45,032 nt of DNA from Rhodobacterales bacterium (GTDB lineage Bacteria; Pseudomonadota; Alphaproteobacteria; Rhodobacterales; Rhodobacteraceae): assembly GCA_031406135.1 (NCBI GenBank), contig JANOGU010000239.1:1-45032 (forward strand), read 5' to 3'. A program made the translations under genes and the position numbers. Of the stretch, positions 18,601-26,664 are shown in pieces. Positions within the stretch are counted from its first letter, which is position 1, and the number at the start of each line of letters is the position of its first letter. Below the pieces are notes generated by a model. It saw only the letters and a program-made list of their open reading frames with translations, was not told where the DNA came from and did not search any database.

Positions 18601-19110
18601 GATCGGGCCAGTGGCACCGGGCCCATAGATGTCGACGATGCCGCCGCGGATCGCGAAGTCGCCGGGTTCGGCCACCGTGGCGGCCGGGACAAAGCCCATG
18701 CGCGAGAGAAACTCGCGCAGCCGCCCCTCCGGCACGCGGTCGCCCAGGCTGGCGGCGAAGCTGGTGGCGGCAACGGTCCGCGGCGCCGGCAGGCACTGGG
18801 TGGCGGCATTGAGCGTGGTGAGCAGGACGAAGCGTCCGGGCAGACCGTGGGCCAGGGCCGCCAGAGTCGCCATCCGCCGTGCGGAAATGTCCGGGTTCGG
18901 CGACACGCGGTCATAGGGCAGGCAGTCCCAGGCGGGCAGGTCCAGCACGGCCAGGTCCGGCGCCATGAAGGCCAGCGCCCCGCGCATCGCCGCCAGCCGC
19001 TTGTCGTCGCGCGCGATGTGGATCACCGGCCCGGCCGCCGCCTCGCGGGCCAGAAGCCGGGCGTCGAAGCCTTCGGGAGCGCCGCCGATCAGGATGCGGG
19101 ACGTGGTCAT
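15664..19110 (-). CDS. mfd: Transcription-repair coupling factor
   Basis: 1148 aa from the ATG at 19108-19110. Helicase motifs GDVGFGKTEVAMRAAF, DEEQHFGV and ATPIPRT, plus Mfd-type N- and C-terminal regions. Confidence 0.95.
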   Translation of the reverse strand: MTTSRILIGGAPEGFDARLLAREAAAGPVIHIARDDKRLAAMRGALAFMAPDLAVLDLPAWDCLPYDRVSPNPDISARRMATLAALAHGLPGRFVLLTTLNAATQCLPAPRTVAATSFAASLGDRVPEGRLREFLSRMGFVPAATVAEPGDFAIRGGIVDIYGPGATGPIRLDFFGDTLDGIRRFDAATQRTTEKLASVDFAPVSEVMLDPASITRFRQAYRLEFGAGGSGDPLYEAVSAGRKHQGYEHWLPFFHDDLATVFDYLPGAAVMLDHGIPARRTARWQAVQDAYGNRVEAMASRGRIDSVYKPCPPQLLYLDDAAWEAATASRRMIQFSPLPQPPGPGILDAGGRAGRSFAPERQREDVNLFNALADHLQSLSKDARVILASWSEGARERLSGILTDHGVHGARPIRDIRDAPEGSGGLFLALWSLEAGFTAPGLAVISEQDVLGERLISRPRKRKAENFLRDLDTIQPGDLVVHVEHGLGRYRGLETITALGAPHECLALEYAETAKLYLPVENLDLLSRYGQEEGELDRLGGGAWQAKKARLKQRIRDIADRLMKIAAERATRKAPVFDTPHGAWEEFAARFPWQETDDQLSAIADVMADLEKGAPMDRLIVGDVGFGKTEVAMRAAFAAALSGRQVAVVCPTTLLARQHYRTFADRFRGFPITVRPLSRFVGAKEAAATRAGLADGSVDICIGTHALLAKGIAFGELGLLVIDEEQHFGVAHKERLKEMRAEVHVLTLSATPIPRTLQLSLTGVRDLSIIATPPVDRLAIRSYVSEFDTITVREALMRERARGGQSFFVVPRIVDLPEIEEFLRREVPEVSFIVAHGQLAAGDLDQRMNDFYDGKGEVLLATTIIESGLDIPTANTMVIHRADMFGLAQLYQLRGRVGRSKARAFCYLTTRPRTPLTPQAERRLKTLASLDTLGAGFNLASHDLDARGAGNLLGEEQSGHIREVGYELYQQMLEETIARLRAGQTAEGAEAEDAWAPVLNLGVPVLIPEVYVPDLDLRLGLYRRLTGLATKVELEGFAAELIDRFGKLPREVNTLLLVMRIKAMCRRAGIARLDAGPKGATVQFHQNIFADPPALIRWIGAQGQGVRVTGPKLVFAADWRTEADRIKGAFAIARDLAALLRPGAPTEA

Positions 19111-19151
19111 GGCGGCGCTTCCTGCCCCCCGGCGGTGCCGGCGGCAAGAGC

Positions 19152-19676
19152 CTATTGCAGCACGGGGACGTAGAGATTGTGCCACATGCCCCAGAGCGCG
19201 GTCACGAATATCGCCAGCATCCCGATCCCCTGCACCGCGATGCGGTGGCGGAACAGGAGCCGGTACAGCGCCTCGCCCTCGGGCAGCTCGATCTCGTAGC
19301 GACGGGTCGTGTGCAGGCTGACCAGAGCGACGAAAACCATGGGAAAGGTCAAAAGGAAAAAGGCCTGAGCGAGTTCCACCCGATAGAGGAAGCCCAGCAC
19401 CGCGAGCGTCGTCACCAGAAAGGCGCAGATCGCGACCAGAAGCAGGCCCGCCACCCGTCCGATGTACAGAAGCCGCCGGGCGTTGATGGCGACCAGTGTC
19501 TCGACATCCGCCTGCGCCTGCCCGCCCTGGCGGCGCCCGCGCGAGATCATGTCATAAGGAACGCCCAGCACCCAATGGCTGACCGAGGACCACAGAACGG
19601 CCAGCACGATCCAGAACCAGAGATTGGAGAAGGACCGGGCGTCGATCAGCTCGAAGACGGTGTCATACCATTCCAC
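19152..19676 (-). CDS. Conserved hypothetical membrane protein (about 4 TM)
   Basis: VEWYDTVFELIDARSFSNLWFWIVLAVLWSSVSHWVLGVPYD followed by hydrophobic helices. I chose the GTG start at 19676. An alternative ATG at 19736 adds 20 basic residues. Confidence 0.5.
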   Translation of the reverse strand: MEWYDTVFELIDARSFSNLWFWIVLAVLWSSVSHWVLGVPYDMISRGRRQGGQAQADVETLVAINARRLLYIGRVAGLLLVAICAFLVTTLAVLGFLYRVELAQAFFLLTFPMVFVALVSLHTTRRYEIELPEGEALYRLLFRHRIAVQGIGMLAIFVTALWGMWHNLYVPVLQ

Positions 19677-19781
19677 CGCGATCCCCGGCCTCCCCCACGT
19701 GCCGCACTTGCGGCCTTGAGGCGCGCGCCTTTGCATGGCAGGCAAGCATCTGATGCGCAAGCCCTCGGGGAGAGACCGCCG

Positions 19782-20780
19782 ATGACGCCCGCCCAAGGCC
19801 CGTTTCCCGCCACCCGCTTCCGCCGCCTGCGCCGCAGCGACGCGCTGCGCCGGCTGGCGCAGGAGCACCGCCTTTCGGTGGACGACCTGATCTGGCCGCT
19901 GTTCGTGCGCGAGGGCGTGAACGTCGAGGAGCCGGTCTCCTCGATGCCCGGCGTGATGCGGCGGTCGGTGGACCGGATCGTGGCTGCGGCCGAGGAAGCG
20001 GCGGGGCTCGGCATCCCGGCGGTGTGCCTTTTCCCCTACACCGATTCCGCATTGCGGACAGAGGGTTGCGAGGAAGCGTGGAACCCGGACAACCTCGCCA
20101 ACCGGGCGATCCGGGCGATCAAGACGGCAGTGCCGCAGATCGCGGTGATGACCGACGTGGCGCTCGATCCGTACAACGCCAACGGCCACGACGGGCTGGT
20201 GCGCGACGGGGTGATCCTGAACGACGAGACCGTCGAGGCGCTGGTGAAGATGAGCCTCGCCCAGGCCGAGGCGGGGGCCGACATCCTGGGGCCGTCGGAC
20301 ATGATGGACGGGCGTGTGGGCGCGATGCGACAGGCGCTGGAGGCGGCGGGGTTCCCGGATGTGGCGATCCTGTCCTATGCGGCGAAATACGCCAGCGCCT
20401 TCTACGGGCCGTTCCGCGAGGCGGTGGGGGCGGCGGAGCGGCTGGTCGGGGACAAGAAGACCTACCAGATGAACCCCGGCAACCGGGACGAGGCCCTAAG
20501 GCTTGTGGCGCGCGACCTGGCCGAGGGGGCGGACATGGTGATGGTCAAGCCGGGGATGCCCTATCTCGACATCTGCCGCGCGGTGAAGGACGCCTTCGGC
20601 GCGCCGACCTATGCCTACCAGGTCTCGGGCGAATACGCGATGATCCGGGCGGCGGCGGCAAACGGCTGGATCGACGGCGAAAAAGCCATGCTGGAGAGCC
20701 TCTTGTCGTTCCGCCGCGCGGGCTGTGACGGGGTGTTGACCTATTTCGCGCCAGAGCTGGCGCGGCTTCTGAAGACTTGA
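19782..20780 (+). CDS. hemB: Porphobilinogen synthase (delta-aminolevulinic acid dehydratase)
   Basis: 332 aa. FPATRFRRLRRSDALRRL, the active-site region DVALDPY, and VMVKPGMPYLDI...YQVSGEYAM are hallmark HemB motifs. Confidence 0.95.
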   Translation: MTPAQGPFPATRFRRLRRSDALRRLAQEHRLSVDDLIWPLFVREGVNVEEPVSSMPGVMRRSVDRIVAAAEEAAGLGIPAVCLFPYTDSALRTEGCEEAWNPDNLANRAIRAIKTAVPQIAVMTDVALDPYNANGHDGLVRDGVILNDETVEALVKMSLAQAEAGADILGPSDMMDGRVGAMRQALEAAGFPDVAILSYAAKYASAFYGPFREAVGAAERLVGDKKTYQMNPGNRDEALRLVARDLAEGADMVMVKPGMPYLDICRAVKDAFGAPTYAYQVSGEYAMIRAAAANGWIDGEKAMLESLLSFRRAGCDGVLTYFAPELARLLKT

Positions 20781-20832
20781 TGGCAAGCCTCTGACAGGGC
20801 TTGATAACACCGTTCCCCGGTTGCCGCCTCTT

Positions 20833-20890
20833 GTCGGGCTTCGGTCGGGCTTCGGTCGGGCTTCGGTCGGGCATCCGTCGGGTTTCCGTC
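20833..20890. repeat. 11-bp tandem repeat array (GTCGGGCTTCG x3, then GTCGGGCATCC, GTCGGGTTTCC, GTC...)
   Basis: Read directly. Three perfect and two degenerate head-to-tail units lie in the hemB / lipoprotein-gene intergenic region. Confidence 0.9.
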
Positions 20891-21029
20891 ACGACAGGCC
20901 GGCACCGCGGCGCCGGGTTTGGCTGATCGCCGCCGAAGTGCTGCCAAGGCGGGTGACAGCGACCCCGGCATCCGCTATCTTGCGTCCCAAGGGGCAACAG
21001 ACCCCAGATCGAGGCATCGGAGGGCACAG

Positions 21030-21575
21030 ATGATCCATCGGCGAGGCTTGTTGTTGACCGGCGCGGCGGCCGCCCTGTCGGCCTGCGCGAACGGCGTCGG
21101 CAGCGAAGGCGGCCCGCGCATCGACGGGCGCGTCGATGCCGCGCGCGACTTCCTGTTCACCCACTATCCCGGCACCCGGGACCTCGCCTCGCGCAGTTCC
21201 GGCATCCTGTTCATGCCGCTGGTGACCGAGGCCGGCTTCGGCTTCGGCGGCAGTTTCGGGCGCGGCGCGCTGCGCATCGGCGGGGTGACAGTGGACTACT
21301 ACTCAGCCGCGCGGGCGACCTTCGGCTTGCAGATCGGGGCGCAGCAGTATGCGCATGCGCTGTTCTTCATGACCGAGGCCGCGCTGGGCGAGTTCCGCCG
21401 CTCGCCCGGCTGGGCCGCAACCGCCGACATCCGCTATGCCACCCCCGACGAGGGCGCCTCGGTCGGCAAGGAGACAACCGAGATCGACCCGGTCATCGCC
21501 GTCGTCTACGGCCAGTCGGGGCTGATCGCCGGGGCGACGATCGGGGGCGTGAAGTATACCCGGATCATCCCGTGA
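21030..21575 (+). CDS. Lipoprotein with a Tat-like signal, YSC84/SYLF-like (lipid-binding) domain
   Basis: ATG at 21030 after GGAGGG. MIHRRGLLLTGAAAALSAC combines an RR motif with a lipobox. GFGFGGSFGRGAL...FGLQIGAQ resembles SYLF/DUF500 repeats. 181 aa. Confidence 0.5.
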   Translation: MIHRRGLLLTGAAAALSACANGVGSEGGPRIDGRVDAARDFLFTHYPGTRDLASRSSGILFMPLVTEAGFGFGGSFGRGALRIGGVTVDYYSAARATFGLQIGAQQYAHALFFMTEAALGEFRRSPGWAATADIRYATPDEGASVGKETTEIDPVIAVVYGQSGLIAGATIGGVKYTRIIP

Positions 21576-21620
21576 GGCCGGCCGTCGCGCGCCGCGACGC
21601 GGTGCGTGCAAGCACGCGCC

Positions 21621-22487
21621 CTATCGCGTCAGACGCTTGATCAGCGAGGAGGTGTCCCACCTTCCGCCGCCCATCGCCTGCACCTCGCCGTAGAACTGGT
21701 CGACGAGCGCGGTCACCGGGAGCGTCGCCCCCACCTCGCGGGCGGCGGCGAGGCAGATGCCGAGGTCCTTGCGCATCCAGTCGGCGGCGAAGCCGAAGTC
21801 GAAGCGGTCCTCCAGCATCGTCTTGTGGCGGTTCACCATCTGCCAGGAGCCGGCGGCGCCCTGGCTGATGACTTCGACAACTGCCGCGCCGTCCATGCCG
21901 GACTTCTGGCCGAAGGCCAGCGCCTCGGCGAGGCCCTGGACGAGGCCGGCGATGCAGATCTGGTTCATCATCTTGGCGATCTGGCCCGACCCCGGCCCAC
22001 CGAGGCGGCGGCAGACGCGGGCGTAGGCGGCCATCACCGGCTCCGCTGCGGCATAGTCGGATTCGGCGCCGCCGCACATGATTGAAAGCTGCCCGTTCTC
22101 GGCCCCCGCCTGCCCCCCCGAGACCGGGGCATCGACGAAGCCGAGCCCGCGGGCCGTCGCGAGGCCCTGCAACTCGCGCGTCACGCTGGCGGACACGGTG
22201 GTGTGGTCGACAAAGACCGCGCCCGGGTCCATCCCGGCGAAGGCGCCGTCCGGGCCGAGGCAGACCGCGCGCAGGTCGTCGTCGTTACCGACGCAGGCAA
22301 GCACGAAATGCTGGCCGAGCGCGGCCTCGCGCGGGGTCGGGACGGCACGGCCGCCGTGACGCGCGACCCAGGCCTCGGCGCGTACCTGCGTGCGGTTGTA
22401 GACCGTGACCTCGTGACCCTTGGCCTTGAGATGCCCTGCCATCGGCCCACCCATGACGCCCAGGCCCAGAAATGCCAGTTTCGCCAT
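21621..22487 (-). CDS. NAD(P)-dependent oxidoreductase, 3-hydroxyisobutyrate dehydrogenase family
   Basis: MAKLAFLGLGVMGGPMAGHL Rossmann motif, DAPVSGG, and the GxGxxAKMxNQ motif (GSGQIAKMMNQ). 288 aa. Confidence 0.85.
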   Translation of the reverse strand: MAKLAFLGLGVMGGPMAGHLKAKGHEVTVYNRTQVRAEAWVARHGGRAVPTPREAALGQHFVLACVGNDDDLRAVCLGPDGAFAGMDPGAVFVDHTTVSASVTRELQGLATARGLGFVDAPVSGGQAGAENGQLSIMCGGAESDYAAAEPVMAAYARVCRRLGGPGSGQIAKMMNQICIAGLVQGLAEALAFGQKSGMDGAAVVEVISQGAAGSWQMVNRHKTMLEDRFDFGFAADWMRKDLGICLAAAREVGATLPVTALVDQFYGEVQAMGGGRWDTSSLIKRLTR

Positions 22488-22572
22488 AGCCGGCCCCCCG
22501 AGAATTGCCCCTGTCCGAGGCATCGACTAGGTATCGGTTGCGTCCCGAGCGTCAAGGCCGCCGTCCCCGCCC

Positions 22573-25035
22573 ATGTTCGCTGTCTTCACCTGGCTGATCC
22601 GCATCTTTCTGGCCCTGTCGGCGCTGGCGCTGCTGACGGTCATCGTCCTGTATTACATCCTCACCCGCTCGATCCCGGACTATTCCGAGACCGTCGAGGT
22701 GCCCGGGATCAGCGCGCCGGTCGAGATCGTGCGCAACAACGCCAACGTGCCGCACATCTTCGGAACCACCGACGCGGACGTGTTCTACGCCCTGGGCTAT
22801 GTCCATGCGCAGGACCGGCTGTGGCAGATGACCATGCTGCGGCGCACGGCGCAGGGCCGGCTGTCGGAGATTTTTGGGGAACGTACACTGAAGATCGACG
22901 AGCTGTTGCGGCGGCTTGATCTCTATACGCTGGCGCTGTCGTCGGCCGAGGCGCAGGACGCGGAAACGACGGCGGCGCTTGATGCCTATTCGCGGGGCGT
23001 GAACGCCTGGATCGGGCAGGTCAACGCGCGCGCGCTGGGCCGGGGGGGGCCGGAGTTCTTCCTGTTCTCGGGCGAGATCGCGGCCTGGCAGCCGGCGGAT
23101 TCCATTGCCATCGTCAAGCTGATGGCGCTGCAGCTGTCGTCGCATCTGGAAGCCGAGGTGCTGCGGGCGCAGGTGTCGCTGGCGGTGTCGCCCGATCAGT
23201 TGCGCGACATCCTGCCCGACGATCCCGGTCAGGGCATTACCGCGCTGCCCCCCTATGGCACGCTGGTCCCCGGCACGCGCCCGGGGCAGCCGCGGCTGCG
23301 GCTGGCCGACGATCCCCTGTCGCCGGTCCGCGGCCTGCCCTTCGCCGGCGCCTCCAACGCCTGGGCGGCGATGCCCGAGCGCTCGGCGGCGCGGGGGTCG
23401 CTTCTGGCCAACGACCCGCACCTGGGCTTCACCGCGCCGTCGCTCTGGTATCTGGCGCGGCTTGAGTTTCCTGGCGGCGGGGTGATCGGCGGCACGATTC
23501 CGGGGATTCCGCTGGTGCTGGTGGGGCGGTCCGAAGCGCTGGGCTGGGGCCTGACCACGGCCTATGTGGACGACCAGGACCTGGTGCTGGAGCGGCTGAA
23601 CCCGGCGAACCCGGGCGAATATGCCGTGGCCGGGGGCTGGGTGCCGTTCGAGGAGCGGCGGTCGATCATCACGGTGAAGGATGCCCCTCCGGTCACCGTC
23701 ACGCTGCAATGGTCGCAGGCCGGGCCGGTGCTGCCGGGGGATGTCTATGAGCTGGGCTCGGTCACCCCGCCCGGTCACGTCGCGGCCCTGTCCTGGACGA
23801 TGCTCGACGGTGCCGACACCTCGATGACCGCGGCGTTGCGGCTGATGCGGGCGCGGTCGGTGGCCGAGGCGATCGCGGCGGGCGAGTTGTACATCGCGCC
23901 GGCGCAGAACCTGACGCTGGCCGACAAGGACGGAATCGCGCTGCAGGTGATCGGCCGCATCCCCGAGCGGGACGCGCGGCACGAGACGCTGGGGCGGATG
24001 CCGGCGCTGGGGGAACACCCGCAGAACCGCTGGCTGGGGGTATTCCCCTATGCCGGGAATCTGCGCGTGGTGAACCCCGGCAGCGGGCTTCTGGGCAATA
24101 CCAACAACAAGACGGTCGAAGCCCCGTTCCCGCATCATGTCAGCTTCCTCTGGGGCGATACGATGCGCATCCAGCGCTGGCTGACGCTGATGGGCACGCG
24201 CGAGGTACACACGCGGGACAGTTTCATCGAGGCGCAGCTGGACACCGTCAGCCCGACCGCGCGGACACTGTTGCCGCTGATCGGCGCAGAACTTTGGTTC
24301 ACCGGTTCGCCGGCCCCCGATGGCACACCCGAGCGGCAGCGGCAGCAGGCGCTGGACCTGATGGCGGCCTGGAACGGCGAGATGAACGAGCACCTGCCCG
24401 AGCCGCTGATCGCGGAAGCCTGGCTGCGCAAGCTGCAGGCCCGGCTGATCCGCGACGAGCTGGGGCCGCTGGCCGACCGCTTCACCCACATCGACCCGGT
24501 GTTCCTGGAGCGGGTGTTCCGCGACACCGAGGGTGCCAGCCGCTGGTGCGACGTGGTGCAGTCGGCCGAGGTCGAGACCTGCGCCGACATTTCGCTGCTG
24601 GCGCTGGACGAGGCGTTGTTGTGGTTGAACGAGACCCGGGGGTCGGGGATGGAAAGCTGGCGCTGGGGCGATGCGCACCAGGCCATGCATGACCATCCGG
24701 TGCTGGGGACGGCGCCGATCCTGCGGCTGATCGTCAACATCCGGCAGTCGACCTCGGGCAGTGACACCACGCTGATGCGCGGCCGCATGTCCGGCGAGGA
24801 GCCGCAGCCGTTCCTGAACGTCCACGGCGCGGGATACCGCGGCGTCTACGACTTCGCCGATCCGGATTCGAGCGTGTTCATCATCGCGACCGGCCAGTCC
24901 GGCCACCCGCTCAGCCGCCACTACGACGACCTGGGCGTGCTGTGGCGGCGGGGCGAATACATCCCGATGAGCCTTGACCCCGACCTGCCGCGGGCCGCAG
25001 CGGTGGGGGTTACAAGGCTCGAACCGATGGATTGA
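22573..25035 (+). CDS. Penicillin-acylase-family Ntn hydrolase (possible N-acyl-homoserine-lactone acylase)
   Basis: 820 aa. YALGYVHAQDRLWQM in the alpha-chain. Predicted autoprocessing site G|SNAW with Ser261 at 23353-23355, then NDPHL. The N-terminus is a long hydrophobic anchor (FLALSALALLTVIVLYYIL). Confidence 0.85.
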   Translation: MFAVFTWLIRIFLALSALALLTVIVLYYILTRSIPDYSETVEVPGISAPVEIVRNNANVPHIFGTTDADVFYALGYVHAQDRLWQMTMLRRTAQGRLSEIFGERTLKIDELLRRLDLYTLALSSAEAQDAETTAALDAYSRGVNAWIGQVNARALGRGGPEFFLFSGEIAAWQPADSIAIVKLMALQLSSHLEAEVLRAQVSLAVSPDQLRDILPDDPGQGITALPPYGTLVPGTRPGQPRLRLADDPLSPVRGLPFAGASNAWAAMPERSAARGSLLANDPHLGFTAPSLWYLARLEFPGGGVIGGTIPGIPLVLVGRSEALGWGLTTAYVDDQDLVLERLNPANPGEYAVAGGWVPFEERRSIITVKDAPPVTVTLQWSQAGPVLPGDVYELGSVTPPGHVAALSWTMLDGADTSMTAALRLMRARSVAEAIAAGELYIAPAQNLTLADKDGIALQVIGRIPERDARHETLGRMPALGEHPQNRWLGVFPYAGNLRVVNPGSGLLGNTNNKTVEAPFPHHVSFLWGDTMRIQRWLTLMGTREVHTRDSFIEAQLDTVSPTARTLLPLIGAELWFTGSPAPDGTPERQRQQALDLMAAWNGEMNEHLPEPLIAEAWLRKLQARLIRDELGPLADRFTHIDPVFLERVFRDTEGASRWCDVVQSAEVETCADISLLALDEALLWLNETRGSGMESWRWGDAHQAMHDHPVLGTAPILRLIVNIRQSTSGSDTTLMRGRMSGEEPQPFLNVHGAGYRGVYDFADPDSSVFIIATGQSGHPLSRHYDDLGVLWRRGEYIPMSLDPDLPRAAAVGVTRLEPMD

Positions 25036-25093
25036 CAGGCCCGCGAATTCAGGCGAGCCATTCATAACTTTGAACATAGACAGGACCTTGCAG

Positions 25094-26548
25094 ATGGCCA
25101 ATCTCGCCGAACACGACACCTCCAACCCGGCGGTCGCCGAGGCGCAGCAGCTTCTCAACAAGGCGCTGAAACAGTCGCGGGTGAAGGAGGATGGCGCCTT
25201 CGACAAGAACACGGTCGAGGCGCTGAATCAGTTCCAGAAGGAAAGCGGCCTGCCGCCCTCTGGCCAGCTCGACAAGCAGACGATGGACATCCTGAAGGAC
25301 GTCGCAAACGAGGAACGGCCGAAATGGCAGGTCACCGTCAACGGCAAGGTCTACCTGCTCACGGACGGCGATCACAAGGCGTTGCTCAACCGCCTGAAAT
25401 CCGAGTTCCGCCCGGCGATCACCACGCTGCAGAGCGCGGTCGCCGAAGCCCGCGGCTACTGGGACCACATGAAGGCGCTGAACGACAAGCAGTATATCGT
25501 CGCCTGGTGCATCGAGGCCTACAAGGGCGCCGCCCTGCCGTCCGAGAGCGAGATCAAGGCCGCCGAGGATGGCGCCAAGGCGGCCGAGGCGATGCTGAAC
25601 GGCGGCAACCTCAAGGGTTTTGCCGCAGCCTTCCCCAAGGCCCAGGAGCAGGCCAACAAGGCCCGCGCCACGATCAAGAAATACGTCGCCGACATGATCG
25701 ACGGCGGCGGCGACATCGCGCTGGGGCTGGAGATCGTCAAGACCACGAGCTTCATCGTGGTGGGCGTCCTCGCAGCACCTGTGGCGGCGAGCTACGGCCT
25801 GGGCGCGGTCGCCGCGGGCGTGGTCGCGGGCGCGGGGACGAACGCGGTCGAGACGCTGGCCGAGGAGGTCGGCAAAGGCATCGCGGGCGACAGCAAGGGG
25901 ATCGGCGATGCGGCGTTGAACGTGCTGCGCGATGCGGTCATCGGCGGCACGATCGGCGCGGTGGTGAAGGGCAAGGCTGGCGAGAAGATCGTCGAATCGA
26001 TTGCCGCCAGGGTCGGCAAGGAGGCCACCGGGGCGTTGTTCGACAAGGCGTCGAAGAATATCGTGTCGAAGTTCCTGGTCGGCTATTTCAAGAAGAACGG
26101 CGCCGACATCCTGGAAGGCATCATGAAGGAGACCCTGAAGGCGATGAAGGCCAACGCCAACACGCTGACGCTGGAGAAATTCGCCGGCATCGTCGCCAAG
26201 GAGGTACTGACCGCGGGCATCATGTCCAAGCTCGGCAAGGCGGGCGAGGTCGATGCCAAGGACGTGCTGAAGAAGATCGGCATGAAGCAGCGCGTCCAAT
26301 GGCTGGAAGAGCTGGGCGACAAAGCCAAGCCGGGCGATGTGGAAGAGCTGTTCGGCAAGGTCTTCGGCGAGAGCTACAAGGAATGGGGCGGCAAGGTCTA
26401 TGACTCGGTGCTGGACAAGGCGACCGGCGACGAAGACCCGAAAGCCATCCAGGAAAAGATTCTCGACGAGGCCGCGGTCAACAAGATGCTGATCGCCGCG
26501 GTGACGAAGGAAGTCGAGAAGCAGGGCAAGAAGGCGAAGAAGAAGTAG
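25094..26548 (+). CDS. Hypothetical lysine-rich protein: N-terminal PG_binding_1-like domain, central glycine-zipper hydrophobic hairpin, amphipathic C-domain and polybasic tail
   Basis: ATG at 25094, with AGGA 8 nt upstream. 484 aa. Residues 12-67 fit the PG_binding_1 consensus (DGAFDKNTVEALNQFQKESGLPPSGQLDKQT). Residues 207-251 are G/A/V-rich (GLGAVAAGVVAGAG). 60 Lys vs 9 Arg. It ends KKQGKKAKKK. G/C-ending codons support this frame over the antisense 527-aa ORF. Confidence 0.75.
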   Translation: MANLAEHDTSNPAVAEAQQLLNKALKQSRVKEDGAFDKNTVEALNQFQKESGLPPSGQLDKQTMDILKDVANEERPKWQVTVNGKVYLLTDGDHKALLNRLKSEFRPAITTLQSAVAEARGYWDHMKALNDKQYIVAWCIEAYKGAALPSESEIKAAEDGAKAAEAMLNGGNLKGFAAAFPKAQEQANKARATIKKYVADMIDGGGDIALGLEIVKTTSFIVVGVLAAPVAASYGLGAVAAGVVAGAGTNAVETLAEEVGKGIAGDSKGIGDAALNVLRDAVIGGTIGAVVKGKAGEKIVESIAARVGKEATGALFDKASKNIVSKFLVGYFKKNGADILEGIMKETLKAMKANANTLTLEKFAGIVAKEVLTAGIMSKLGKAGEVDAKDVLKKIGMKQRVQWLEELGDKAKPGDVEELFGKVFGESYKEWGGKVYDSVLDKATGDEDPKAIQEKILDEAAVNKMLIAAVTKEVEKQGKKAKKK

Positions 26549-26552
26549 CCGC

Positions 26553-26590
26553 GACAGGGCGCCGGTCTGGCCCCCGGCCGGCGCCCTGTC
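26553..26590 (+). terminator. Stem-loop terminator after the lysine-rich gene
   Basis: 13-bp perfect inverted repeat GACAGGGCGCCGG / CCGGCGCCCTGTC with a 12-nt loop, starting 5 nt after the stop. There is no T-tract. Confidence 0.5.
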
Positions 26591-26664
26591 CCCCGCCTTG
26601 ACTCGGGCGCGCGGCGACCCGATACGCAACAAAGTTGCGCGCGAGGCGGGGGCAAGGACGGATC

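Noticed and set aside
15493-19173. 1226-aa ORF on the + strand covering the whole mfd locus
   Set aside because: This is a shadow ORF typical of stop-poor high-GC DNA. The translation is low-complexity and Arg/Gly/Ala/Asp-rich with no motif. The opposite strand encodes an unmistakable Mfd with all helicase motifs.
20833-20890. The tandem repeats as a CRISPR array
   Set aside because: The units are 11 bp and directly abutting with no spacers, and there are no cas genes. This is a microsatellite-like tandem repeat, not a CRISPR array.
22552-25212. 886-aa minus-strand ORF antisense to the acylase gene
   Set aside because: Same reasoning: an Arg/Pro/Gly-rich translation without motifs, while the + frame has the Ntn-hydrolase signatures and G/C-ending codons.
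25049-26632. 527-aa minus-strand ORF antisense to the lysine-rich gene, which raises the question of which strand is real
   Set aside because: The + frame has strongly G/C-ending codons and a recognisable PG_binding_1 segment. The antisense translation is Leu/Arg/Asp-rich mirror-image low complexity, expected from reading AAG/GAG/GCC codons backwards.
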